A stretch of 64,000 bases of DNA from Octopus sinensis (GCF_006345805.1 NC_042998.1:6634001-6698000), one strand, 5' to 3'; counted from the first letter of the stretch, positions 37,020-48,830 are shown. The notes: generated by a model not told the origin, from the sequence alone. Numbers and translations are program-made.

Positions 37020-37558
37020 CACATACACACACACATATATTTGTATGTGTGTGTATATATATATATACAATATATATATATGTGTGTGTGTGTGTTTGTA
37101 TATGTAAGTATGCATGTATATGCGTGTGTGTGTGGTTGTTTGTGTAAGTATGTATGTATATATATATATATGTATGTATGTATGTATGTATATATATGTG
37201 TGTGTGTGTGTGTTTGTGTATGTATGTATGTATATATATATGTGTGTGTGTGTTTGTATATGTATGTATGTATATATATATGTGTGTGTGTGTGTTTGTA
37301 TATGTATGTATGTATATATATGTGTGTGTGTGTGTTTGTATCTGTAAGTATGCATGTATATCATCATCATTGTTTAATGATGATGATATATATGCATACT
37401 TACATATACAAACACACACACACATATATATACATACATATATACATGCATACTTACATATATATGTATATATATATGTGTGTGTGTTTGTATATGTAAG
37501 TATGCATGTATATATGTGTGTGTGTTTGTATATGTAAGTATGCATGTATATATGTATG

Positions 37559-37598
<40 letters not shown>

Positions 37599-37630
37599 CA
37601 TACATACATACATGTGTGTGTGTGTGTATG
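37020..37630. repeat. TG/TA/TATG microsatellite with an internal ~105-bp hairpin
   Basis: Arms at 37321-37371 and 37376-37426 are reverse complements around the loop gttt. Confidence 0.9.
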
Positions 37631-37846
37631 AAATAGATATTATAGATAACCATCATTAATACCAGTTCATTCAGAAGTTATGATCAAGACGATCTTGAAC
37701 GATAAACATCGATCAGTCTAGGAAATTTATTGCTATCAACAAAAGTAAATACGAAAATATCGTGAATAGGAACGTCAAAACTACCTCCAAACCATTATTT
37801 ATTATTGCAAAACGAACACAAAACACACTCTTACACATGCACACGT

Positions 37847-37878
<32 letters not shown>

Positions 37879-37997
37879 TCACAAAATAGCATGCATACTG
37901 ATACATTTCAGAAATATAAGTAGGTTTAACATAATTTCTTAGGGTTAAACGAGAACAACCTTCAAATGGTAGGTCTCATAGTTGTAGGTATGGATAT

Positions 37998-39205
37998 TTA
38001 CTCTTTTACTCTTTTACTTGTTTCAGTCATTTGACTGCGGCCATGCTGGAGCACCGCCTTTAGTCGAGCAAATCGACCCCGGGACTTATTTTTGTAAGCC
38101 CAGTACTTATTCTACCGCTAAGTGACGGGAACATAAACACACCAGCATCGGTTGTCCAACAATGCTAGGGGGACAAATACAGACACACAAACACACATAT
38201 ATATGTATATACGACAGGCTTCTTTCAGTTTCTGTCTACCAAATCCACTCACAAGGCATTGGTCAGCCCGGGGCTATAGCAGAAGATGCCCAAGATGCCA
38301 CGCAGTGGGACTGAACCCAGAACCATGTGGTTGGTTAGCAAGCTACTTACCACACAGCCACTCCTGCACCTTATATAAGAAGTATTATAATCTAATTTCC
38401 CTTATGTGTACTAAGCATCTTTTTCTCTCTCCTGTATTAGATGCAGATATGGCTAAATGATTGAGAAGCTTGTTTCATATCCATATGGTTTCAGCTTCAC
38501 TGCCACTGCTTAGCACTGCGGACAAGTGTCTTTTACTATAGTTCCATGCCAACCAATGCCTTGTGAGCAGATTTAGTAGAAGGAAATAGAAAATATATAT
38601 ATTTTTATATATATATATAAGTGGCTGTGTTGTAAGTAGCTTGCTTATGAACCACATGGTTCTGAGTTCAGTCCCACTGCATGGCACTTTGGGCAAGTGT
38701 CTTCCACTATAGCCTCGGGCTGATCAAAGCCTTGTAAGTGGATTTGGTAGATGGAAACTGAAAGTAGCCTGTCAAATATATATATATGAGTGTCTATGTT
38801 TGTGTGTCTGTATTTGTCCCCCTCTCCCACCATCGCTTCACAACTTATGCTGGTGTGTTTATGTCCCTGTAACTTAGTGGTTTGGTAAAAGAGACTGATA
38901 GAATAAGTGCTAGGCTTACAAAGAATGAGTCCTGGGATCGATTTGTTTGACTAAAGGTGATGCTCCAGCATGGCCACAGTCAAATGACTGAAACAAAAGA
39001 ATAATAAAGTAAAAAAAGAGTATATATATATATATATCATAGGCGCAGGAGTGGCTGTGTGGTAAGTAGCTTGCTTACCAACCACATGGTTCCGGGTTCA
39101 GTCCCACTGCATGGCATCTTGGGCAAGTGTCTTCTGCTTGTAGCCTCAGGCTGACCAAAGCCTTGTGAGTGAATTTAGTAGATGGAAACTGAAAGAAGCC
39201 TGTCG

Positions 39206-39236
<31 letters not shown>

Positions 39237-39760
39237 GTGTTTGTGTGTCTGTGTTTGTCCCCCCAACATCGCTTGACAACCGATGCTGGTATGTTTACGT
39301 CCCCGTCACTTAGCGGTTCGGCAAAAGAGACCGATAGAATAAGTACTGGGCTTACAAAGAATAAGTCCCGGGGTCGAGTTGCTCGACTAAAGGTGGTGCT
39401 CCAGCATGGCCACAGTCAAATGACTGAAACAAATAAAAGAGTAAAGAGTAAGATTATTGCTTCAGCATTGTGATACTAATATTCTGGTGTAGAACTCGAG
39501 ATGTATGCTTCTAAAGAAAGTGTTAGTTGAGTACAGAGTGATAATGAGGAAAAAGATGGTAAAAGAATAAATGATTATCTTAAGAACGAGTGGCTAGGCG
39601 CAGGAGTGTCTGTGTGGTAAGTAGCTTGTTTACCAACCACATCGTTCCGGATTCATTCCCACTGCGTGGCACCTTGGGCAAGTGTCTTCTACTTTAACTG
39701 CAGGCCGACCAAAGCCTTATGAGTGGATTTTGTAGATGGAAACTGAAAGAAGCCCCCGTC

Positions 39761-39816
<56 letters not shown>

Positions 39817-39945
39817 GTGTGTGTGTGTCTGTGTTTGTCCCCCCAATCCCCAACATCACTTGACAACCGATGCTGGTGTGTTTACGTCCCCGTAACTTAG
39901 CAGTTTGGCATGGCCACAATCCAATGACTGAAGCAGGTAAAAGAT
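37998..39945. mobile_element. Cluster of five SINE A copies: 37998-38371(-), ~38440-38590(+), 38621-39020(+), 39041-39449(+), 39595-39945(+)
   Basis: Each shows the family A head, body and/or tail motifs. Confidence 0.9.
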
Positions 39946-39974
39946 AAACAGTTAATTTGTGAAAAAGAAAAGTG

Positions 39975-40190
39975 GTGAGCTGGCAGAATCATTAGCGTGC
40001 TGGGCAAAACACTTAATGGCATTTCTTCCATCAGTATGTTCTGAGTTCAAATTCTACCGACGTCAACTTTGCCTTTCATCTTTTCAGAGTCTGTAAAATA
40101 AGAATCATTTTGAGCAATGGGGTAAATGTAATCAACTTACCCATTGCTGGCCTTGTGCCAAAATTTGAAACCAATATTTCAAGCATTTGA
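39975..40190 (+). mobile_element. SINE B subfamily (older tail type)
   Basis: gagctggcagaatcattagc head, GAGTTCAAATTC box, ttgtgccaaaatttgaaaccaatatt tail. Confidence 0.8.
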
Positions 40191-40554
40191 CAAGCAGGGT
40201 GGCTACAGGCATGACTCCAGAGAGACAAAAAAAGAAAGAAAAAACCCCAGAAAAATTCATTGTTCTTTGCCAAAATATGATATTCAATATAAAATATTGA
40301 ATGTCAAAAGTGAAGGTGATGTTCCAAACCCGAGGACTGTGAAATTAGTGTCTGCTTCTATCTGAATGTTTGTTTCTATCTATTAAAGTTTCTTGAAAAT
40401 TATCCAAATACCAGAAACATATTAACCGTCTGGAAATTTGTTAAGCCTGTAAATTATTGTATATACATATCCAAATTCTTTGTAAAGCTTGCTCCTTTCA
40501 ATTGCCTGTCAGACTGCTTTGGTTTGGTTTTCCTTAGTTCTGAAGACCTTAATA

Positions 40555-41170
40555 TCATCATCATCGTCATCATTTAGTGTCGGTTTTCCATGCTATCATG
40601 GATAAGATGGTTTGACCAGGGCTGTTATGCTGGAGAGCTGCACTGGGCTCCAGTCTGTTTTGGCCAGGTTCCTAAGGCTAGATGCCCTTCTTAATCTATT
40701 TCTTTACTACCTACAAGTGGTTAAACACAGAGGGGACAAACAAGGACAGACATAGGTATTAAGTCGATTACATCGACCCCAGTGCATAACTGGTACTTAA
40801 TTTATCGACCCCGAAAGGATGAAAGGCAAAGTTGACCTCGGCGGAATTTGAACTCAGAACGTAATGGCAGGCGAAATACCGCTAGACATTTCACCCAGCG
40901 TGCTAATGTTTCTGCCCTTCTTAATGCCAACAACTTTACAGAGTGTGCCTCTAACATGTCACCAGCATGGGAGCTTTTTACATGTCACCAGAATGGGTGT
41001 CTTTTACATATCACCAGCATAGATGCCTTTTACGTGCCACCAGTGCAGGTGCCCTCTATGTGTCACTGGCATGGGTGCCTTTTACATATCACCAGCATGG
41101 TTGCATTTTAGGTATCACCGTTGCGGGTGCCATTTGTGTCATGAGCATGGATGCATTTTACATGTCACTG
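40555..41170 (-). mobile_element. Old RTE 3' UTR with ~24-bp internal repeats, split by SINE B (40696-40912, -)
   Basis: TSD tgcccttcttaat at 40683-40695 and 40913-40925; repeats ttttacatgtcaccagcatgggtgcc at 40930-41170. Confidence 0.8.
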
Positions 41171-41171
41171 G

Positions 41172-41960
41172 CCACCCAAACCATGCTCCTATTTGTGTGG
41201 CATGGTGCTGAGTCCCGTTGCCAGACATGGGGTCTTCCAGCAGTCACCTTCTTAACCCAGGCCTCCATGATGAGTGTGAGGCCATGTGGGAAGATGAGTG
41301 GATACATAACGTCGCCATCACTAGTGATCATTCCAAACACCATGATGTTGACTGGATGTTTGTTTTTTATCACTCTTGGAACATGTTTTGGGGACACGGC
41401 AAGCCAAAAGTTGTTCTGTGTGTTTACCATCTGTTCGTAATGGAGCTTCCAGTGAGAATGCCAAGCAGTACAGTATGATGTTTCCAAATTTCTGGCTGAG
41501 AGAATTGCATCATGGTGCTGTTTTTCTCACAGGTGGTTCCCAACCAACTCTAGGCGGCACGTGGCCTAGTGGTTAGAACAGCAGACTTGCGGTCGAGGGA
41601 TCACGGGTTCGAATCTCAGACCGGGCGATGTGTGTATTTATGAGCGAAACACCTAAGCTCCACACGGTTCCGGCAGAAGGTAGCGGCGAACTTCTGCTGA
41701 CTCTTTCACCACAACTTTCTCTCATTCTTTCCTCCTGCATCATGCAGCTCACCTGCGACAGACCGGTGTCGCATCCAGGTGGGGAACCTATACGCCAAGG
41801 AAACTGGGAAACCAGCCCTTATGAGCCAGGCGTGCTTCGACAAGGAACAAACAACAACCAACCCTACCATACTGTGTAGCAGACAAAACCAAAAACAAGC
41901 AATGCACATGTGTGAAATAAAAAATATAAAATGGCAACAATTTACTCATTGCACCCTGTG
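41172..41960 (-). mobile_element. Internally deleted DD37D/maT-like Tc1/mariner element, interrupted by SINE D
   Basis: QMVNTQNNFWLAVSPKHVPRVIKNKHPVNIMVFGMITSDGDVM...HVWQRDSAPCHT; terminus caccctg|tgta. Homologous to 54590-55405. Confidence 0.85.
41553..41854 (+). mobile_element. tRNA-derived SINE, family D, with (AAC)n tail and 12-bp TSD
   Basis: TGGCCTAGTGG A box and GGTTCGAATCT B box; TSD caaccaac(t/c)cta at 41541-41552 and 41855-41866. Confidence 0.85.
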
Positions 41961-41973
41961 TATATATGTGTAT

Positions 41974-42472
41974 ATATAAAAGTAAATAAATGGCACAACG
42001 AAGCACCAATATTTACTGGAAAATAGCGAACGTAATAAATACGACGCTAATGTATAGCTTCACTGCATATGTACTAGTAAAGATGCGTGTGTGCAACAAG
42101 CATGAAAAAAATTGTCTTACCTCTAGGAAGAACATCTGAAAAATGAAAAACATAGATAACGGATAATGCAGTACCGGTTTCAGATTCTTCAAAATACGTT
42201 TGCCAACGTATATTTGATTTATCTTCATCAGCTGCATATACATCGACATTATTTCAAATGTTGCCACATCTACGCCAGTACACTCGTCTGAATGCCAAAA
42301 CGTTAACAGAACGAGAACAGTGAAGAAGTTTCAATGAAAATAGTAATGCAATACGAGAGTATTGCTTTCCAGTAAAGGATAGCCCGTGAGGGTAAAATTA
42401 TACATATAAAAGTAAATAATTGGCACAATGAAGCACCGATATTCACTGGAAAATAGCGAATGTAATAAATAC
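41974..42472 (-). mobile_element. 430-bp unit with 69-bp terminal direct repeat (Penelope pLTR / retrozyme-like)
   Basis: atataaaagtaaataa.tggcacaa.gaagcacc.atatt.actggaaaatagcgaa.gtaataaatac at 41974-42042 and 42404-42472. Contains a hammerhead. Confidence 0.7.
42166..42237 (-). ncRNA. Minimal type I hammerhead ribozyme, intact core
   Basis: ATGCAG-CTGATGA-AGAT(...hairpin...)ATCT-GAAA-CCG-GTA|CTGCAT. 6-bp stem I, palindromic ACCGGT stem III, predicted cut between 42172 and 42171. Confidence 0.85.
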
Positions 42473-42622
42473 CAATTATATATTATTTATTTATTATTTT
42501 GTACTTTACTTAATTATTGTTATATGTTATATCGTGTTTTTAATTTTTTTCTATATGGTATAATTTAATTATATCATTGTTATTTCATTGTTGAATTGCT
42601 ACATGGTGGTTCTTCTCTAATT

Positions 42623-42687
<65 letters not shown>

Positions 42688-43136
42688 CACAAAAGCTTAC
42701 ATGGAGTCATTTTGTATGTTTCTAATTGTATTCATCTGTTTTGCACTTTTAACATTTCTCTCCTTTACACACACATACATGACACACGCATGCACAAACA
42801 CACACCACACAAGGTTTATATTTGTAAAATTATCATTCCTTTATTATTATTATTGTTGTTATTATCCTTACTGTTGTTACCTTTTTCCTTTTTACATTTC
42901 ATAGACCAGAAGACTTTGCAGCCTCCACTTTCTCTCATACACAAAATATATTCAAAACATCGTCTTCAAACAAAGAAAACAATTGAAAACCTAGCCTACA
43001 CTATGAAAGAAATGTTTATGAAAATCATTACAGATCCGATGGCAAGATTTCTTTAACAATGACAAAGTTAGTATATCAGAAAAGCTAATTCTAAGACTTA
43101 ACACTAACGCTAACTATCAAAAGGAAATGTCTGCAG

Positions 43137-43193
43137 GGTTGAGTTTGTGCAGAATAGTCCTTCAGACATGGCTTTGGAATTAGAAACCATCAG
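43137..43193 (+). CDS. Candidate isolated 57-nt symmetric (phase 2-2) coding exon, product unknown
   Basis: Upstream ACTAAC/GCTAAC branch-like motifs, tctgcag acceptor, CATCAG|gtgagt donor. Open frame VEFVQNSPSDMALELETI. Confidence 0.4.
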
Positions 43194-43684
43194 GTGAGTG
43201 AAAACCTGCAAGACTTAAAGACATATTCAAGAGAACAATTGTGGAGGAAATTAATGAAATAGGGATTTTTCTTTTTGTTTTTTAAAATAGTTTGGACTTT
43301 TCTGAAAGAAAGGAAGGAAGAAGGAAAAGAAGAAAGGAAGAAAGGGAAAAGGATGGGAGGAAAGAAGAATCAATTTAATGCATCCCAAAGCAGAGAAAAA
43401 TTAAATTTAAAGATGCATGTTTGCACATGTGGAGGTGCAATGGCCTAGTGGTTAGGGCAACTCCCCAGCTTACCAATTCCAGTCAAACCACCTAACCCAT
43501 GCCAACATGGAAAGCAGATGCTAAATGATGATGATCATGCCAATTGCTCTCTACAGTGCAGAAACCTAGATAATGTACTCAACAATAGAGAAGACAGAAC
43601 CTTTTGCGATGTGGATTTTCTTAGACTGGACAGAATAAGCTGGAAAGGTAGAGTGAAAAGCACTGCGGTACTAGAGTTGTATGT

Positions 43685-43913
43685 TTAACCCTTTAGTGTT
43701 CAGATTATTCTGTCAAATGTGATATTTGTTTGTTTAAAATGGTTTGAATTAATCCTGCATTATCTTGTAGTTTAGAGATTGCAGTGATGTGATTATTTTA
43801 GTTTTAGTACGACATGGTAGGGCCGAGATGAAAGGTGAGATCTGGTCAGTTTCAATATATAACAGGTTAAATATTTTGGCCAGATATGGCCGGTTTGATT
43901 GCTAAAGGGTTAA
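43685..43913. mobile_element. piggyBac-like MITE
   Basis: TTAA|ccctttag ... ctaaaggg|TTAA. Confidence 0.75.
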
Positions 43914-43974
43914 AGACACTAAATGTTGTGAAACAAGTTCACAGAACTATCATATTTTAGATAAGCAATTCACC

Positions 43975-44130
43975 ACAAGTCCCTGCCTGAGACCCATCCT
44001 AACAAGAAATATGGAAATGAAGAGAGAAGGGGGCTGTCAAAGACGTTTGTTGACTGATGACATGAAAGAATGGATTGGAAAGGAGAACCTGGACATGGGA
44101 AGGGATCCTGGCTGATGATTAGCTGCTGAT
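43975..44130 (+). mobile_element. Decayed RTE (BovB-like) ORF2 C-terminal remnant
   Basis: Frames resemble KTILQG.MEGKRRRG...DDMKEWIG. Confidence 0.55.
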
Positions 44131-44287
44131 GTCTGGCAGCATTCTTTTGAAGGCAAACCTATTATTTGTCAGGTGTCTCCAGTTGTCTTAGGGTATTGTT
44201 TCTGGTTGTGTTCTGTGAAGGTGAGCTTCTTGTTGTTGTTGTTGTTTACTTTCAGCCTGTCAGACAGCATTCTCTTCATAGTGAATC

Positions 44288-44698
44288 TCTTTACTCTTTT
44301 ACTTGTTTCAGTCATTTGACTGCGGCCATGCTGGAGCACTGCCTTTAGTCGAGCAAATCGACCCCGGGACTTATTCTTTGTAAGCCCAGTACTTATTCTA
44401 TCGGTCTCTTTTGTCAAACCACTAAGTGATGGGGATGTAAACACACCAGCATCGGTTGTCAAGCAATGCTAGGGGGACAAACACAGACACACAAACATAT
44501 ACACACACACACTTATATATATATACATATATACGACAGGCTTCTTTCAGTTTCCGTCTACCAAATCCACTCACAAGGCATTGGTCGGCCCGGGGCTATA
44601 GCAGAAGACACTTGCCCAAGATGCCACTCAGTGGGACTGAACCCGGAACCATGTGTTTGGTAAGCAAGCTACTTACCACACAGCCACTCCTGCGCCTA
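44288..44698 (-). mobile_element. SINE family A (full length)
   Basis: Complete reverse-complement copy. Confidence 0.9.
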
Positions 44699-45005
44699 TA
44701 TATCATTGAAATTATCTTAAGAAACAAATGTTAAATTAATCTGCAGGAATGGGGTGTTGTATTAATTTAAGGCAAATGTGTGAACAGACACACACACACA
44801 CACACACACACACTCACGCACATACATTCACAAACACACACACTCACACATGCGTGCATACATGCACACAGATACAACATTACAATGAGGAGACAGTTGA
44901 AAATCAAATCAAACTAAATATTGAAATAAAGTAATATATTTTATATTTGCTCTGGACACAAATCATATTTCTAGCAGGTTGGTGTTAGTAAAAATCTGTA
45001 GACAC

Positions 45006-45171
45006 AGGCGCAGGTGTGGCTGTGTGGTAAGTAGCTTGCTTACCAACCACATGGTTCTGGGTTCAGTTCCACTGTGTGGCACCTTGGGCAAGTGTCTTCT
45101 ACTATAGCCTCAAGCCAACTAAAGCTTTGTGAGTGGATTTGGTAGACGGAAACTGAAAGAAGCCAGTCATA

Positions 45172-45208
<37 letters not shown>

Positions 45209-45438
45209 GTGTGTGTGTGTGTGTGTATGTTTGTATGTCTGTTTGTCCCCCCAACATCGCTTGACAACCGATGCTGGTGTGTTTATGTCCCCGTAACCTA
45301 GTGGTTTGGTACAAAGAGGCCGATAGAATAAGTACTAGGTTTCCAAAGAATAAGTCCTGGGGTCGATTTGCTCTACTAAAGGCGGTGCTCCAGCATGACC
45401 ATAGTCAAATGACTGAAACAAGTAAAAGAGTAAAAGAG
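45006..45438 (+). mobile_element. SINE family A (full length)
   Basis: Head ggcgcaggtgtggctgtgtgg through tail agtaaaagag. Confidence 0.9.
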
Positions 45439-45649
45439 ACATATGTACTGCCTTGGTCGTGGAACAACCAAAAGAGGATTTTACTCTGTATATATATACA
45501 GCAGGGTTTTTTATCTTTTATATATATTTTCATTTCATTAATTTTATTATTTATTTATTTCAAAATTTTTTTGTATCACCCTTGAGATGGAATTTAAATC
45601 GATTTATTCTTGGATAACATGTCACCTCCTGTGACCTCGGCCATCCAAG

Positions 45650-45840
45650 AACTTTTGAACGATCTTTACCTTTCCTTACAAGCAGGTCAGTTGCATGCAT
45701 TCTATGTGCTTCTGCGAGTCAATCTCTTCTATCCACTATTTGAGCCTCTTCCTCATCGTTCCGAAGGCTCTGATGACAATTGATACATTCTCCATATTTC
45801 TGCAATCCCACGATCTGCTTATTTCTCTCTTCAGGTCCTT
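45650..45840 (-). mobile_element. R4/Dong-like (restriction-like endonuclease) non-LTR retrotransposon C-terminal remnant
   Basis: KDLKREISRSWDCRNMENVSIVIRAFGTMRKRLK*WIEE...MQLTCL*GKVKIVQKVL resembles the Y.DL..EI.RLW...V.PIVIGALG...LQK..LLGTA.ILRKVL end of R4-clade ORFs. Confidence 0.65.
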
Positions 45841-45964
45841 GTGTATGTATATACATATATATATATAGTCAATCCAAATATGAACAAGCAAGAAAATACA
45901 GCAACACGAGGACGTGGAATATGTCCAGGAAGGTATAGAATACATGAATATAGTGTTATATTCT

Positions 45965-46358
45965 TTTGCTTGTGTCAGTCATTGGACTGTGGCCATGCTG
46001 GGGCACCACCTTGAAGAATCTTTAGTTCAATGAATTGACCCCAGTTCTTATGTGATTTTTAAAGCCTGGTCACTTATTGTATCAGTCTCTTGTGCTGAAC
46101 TGCAAAGTTACGATGACATAAACACACCAACACTGGTTGTCAAGCAGTGGTGGGTGACAAATACAAATACACATATGCATGTGCATGTACACACACACAC
46201 ACGATGGTCTTGTTTGAGTTTCTGTTTACCAAATCCACTCACAAGGCTTTGGTCGACCTGAGGTTATAGTAGAAACACTTGCCCAAGGTACCATGCAGTG
46301 GGACTGAACCCAGAACCATGTGGTTGGGAAGCAAGCTTCTTGCCACACAGCCACCCGT
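45965..46358 (-). mobile_element. SINE family A (older)
   Basis: Reverse-complement body and head. Confidence 0.85.
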
Positions 46359-46376
46359 GTGTTTCAGTATATACCT

Positions 46377-46605
46377 ATTTCTTTATTACCCACAAGGGGC
46401 TAAACACAGAGGGGACAAACAAGGACAGACATAGGTATTAAGTCAATTACATCGACCCCAGTGTGTAACTGGTACTTAATTTATCGACCCCGTAAGGATG
46501 AAAGGCAAAGTCAACCTCGGCGGAATTTGAACTCACAACGTAACGCAGACGAAATACCGCTAAGCATATCGCCCGGCGTGCTAACATTTCTGCCAGCTCG
46601 TCGCC
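46377..46605 (-). mobile_element. SINE family B
   Basis: Full reverse-complement copy. Confidence 0.9.
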
Positions 46606-46852
46606 TTATATTTACCATCTTCGAAGGCATAAAAGATGCATGGACATATTCGATGTACCCTTAATTACATCAGTGCATATTCAAGGAGTAAGGTTTTAGC
46701 ACATCAAAATGATCTACTATAGGACCATCATGACACAGAGGACCCACGGTAACTTTTTGAACATTTGATTTGAGAAAAAAAGTGTATCTTCTAAAACCTT
46801 CTAATATGGTAGTTTGATTTAATATACAAATACCTATGTAGTATATTCTACA

Positions 46853-47177
46853 GTGAAAGCGCATGGCTTAGTTAGGGTATTCAGGTCATGGTTGTAAGAT
46901 CATGAGTTCAATTTCCAGCAATGCATTGTGTCCTTGAGTGAGACACTTTAATTTTCAGGTTGCTCCAGTCCACTCAACTGGCAAAAATGAGTTGTACCTG
47001 TATTTCGAGTGGCCAGCCTTGTCATACTCTGTGTTGTGTTGAATCTCGTTGCAAACTACATTAAGGGTACAGGAGTCTGTGGAGTACTCAGTCACATGTA
47101 CATAGATCTCACAAGCAAGCTGTTCGTTGATCGGATCAGCTGGAACTCTCATCGTCATATCCGACGGAGTGCCAGTT
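46853..47177 (+). mobile_element. SINE family E-related
   Basis: gcgcatggcttagttag head; cattgtgtccttgagtgagacacttaa...ttgctccagtccactcaactggcaaaaatgag core. Confidence 0.7.
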
Positions 47178-47239
47178 ATATGCTACATCTTCCACACTGC
47201 ATTCCAAATCCATTTCTTATATATTATGTATTATATTAT

Positions 47240-47625
47240 ATTTGGCGTTAGGAAGGGCATCCAGCCGTAGAAACATTGCCAGATCAGACTGGGCCTGGTG
47301 AAGCCTTCTGGCTTCCCAGACCCCAGTTGCACCGTCCAACCCATGCCAGCATGGAAAGCGGATGCTAAACGATGACGATGATATATTATATATATTTCTT
47401 TACTACCCACAAGGGGCTACACACAGAAGGGACAAGCAAGGACAGACAAACGGAGTAAGTCAATTACATCGACTCCAGTGCGTAACTGGTACTTATTTAA
47501 TTGACCCCGAAAGGATGAAAGGCAAAGTCGACCTCGGCAGAATTTGAACCCAGAACGTAGCGGCAGACGAAATACCGCAAAGCATTTCGCCCGGCGTGCT
47601 AACGTTTCTGCCAGCTCACCGCCTT
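47240..47625. mobile_element. RTE 3' tail (47240-47382, +) followed by SINE B (47393-47625, -)
   Basis: Family motifs as above; TSD-like tgatatattatata flanks the SINE. Confidence 0.85.
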
Positions 47626-47640
47626 TGATATATTATATAG

Positions 47641-47942
47641 TTTAGCGAGATCATCAGAAAGAAGTCCAGCATGAGGGATGTCATCGCAGAGAATACACGC
47701 AGCAAGTTTAGATGGGTTGGACACGTCGCCCGGCTCACTGATAATTGGTGGACCCGTGCAGTTGTCGAGTGGTACCCACACGAGCGGAAACAAACACCCG
47801 GAAGGCCTCCACAACAGTGGAGTTACGATTGGGATCACGTGGATGAGAAAGGTGCGATCCAGAAAGGAGTGGACAGCGTGCTGTGACCAGCAGTGTCAAA
47901 TGGACGCCCGACGGACTGGTCGGTCAAGGTGATCAAGGTGAT
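47641..47942 (+). mobile_element. Distinct RTE-1-like LINE 3' end
   Basis: RDVIAENTRSKFRWVGHVARLTDNWWTRAVVEWYPHERKQTPGRPPQQWSYD...WMRKVRSRKEW; tail caaggtgatcaaggtgat. Confidence 0.85.
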
Positions 47943-48371
47943 ATTGTATTGTTACTGCAGGCGTGGCTTTGTGGTAAGAAAGTTGCCTCCAAACCACTTG
48001 GTTTTGGGGTTCAGTCTTATTGCAGGGTACCTTGTGCTAGGCCCATCACCAGTCTTTGGGGGTACTTCAGAATGTTCTTGGAGGACACTAATTTGTAATA
48101 ATGCTAAAGTGGAATTTCAAAATTTGAAGGTGCTCCATTGAACCGTGAGGGCACTGCGCCGTCTAGTGCACACCCTTAGTGATGGGCATACCTTGTGTAA
48201 AAATCTTCTACTACAGCCTTGGGCTGACCAAAGTCTTGTGAGTGGATATGGTTGACCGAAACTGAAAGAAGCCCATCATTTATAAATGTGTTTATCTTGG
48301 TGTTGGAATTTGTCTCTTCCCCACCGCTTGACAACAGGTGTTAGTTTGTTTATATTCCTGTAATCTAGCTC

Positions 48372-48684
48372 TTCAGCAAAAGAGTTCAAGACCCCCTTCA
48401 GTTATGAATGACCATAGGGTTGCATTTAGAAAGTTCTCTTCTGGGACACAAGTCCAGGTAAAGTTGTTTATGGAAGACCAGTAGTCACCTGTGCATCCCA
48501 GCCTTCCGTCTCCAAGGGAAAGGCAAAGGGGCCGATACAGCCTGGCACCTGTGACATCGCAACTCATTTCTACAGCTGGGTAAACTGGAGCAATAATGAA
48601 ACAAGAACACAACACATAGCCCGGTCCGAGAATGGAACTCACTACCCCATGATTATGAACCTGGTGTTCTAACCACCAAGCCAT
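48372..48684 (-). mobile_element. SINE family E
   Basis: tggcttggtggttagaacacc head on the minus strand; matches the 12774-13468 copy. Confidence 0.75.
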
Positions 48685-48830
48685 TAGACTTGTAAATAAT
48701 TAGTCCTGGAAACGATTTGTTTCTCTAAACCCCACAGAATGTTATCACAGCATGGCCGCAATCCATTAACTTAAACGAATAAATAACGTGTGTGTGTGTG
48801 TGGTCGCGCTTTTTCAGAGAGAAAATACAC

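Noticed and set aside
41553-41630. tRNA-like sequence (also the heads of SINE A, B and E)
   Set aside because: A and B boxes are present, but they continue into SINE bodies with tails and TSDs and no full cloverleaf is evident; not tRNA genes.
44172-44220. Plus-strand AG...gtgagc exon-like segment
   Set aside because: Immediately follows a decayed RTE 3' end and precedes its GTT-repeat tail, so it is likely element-derived.
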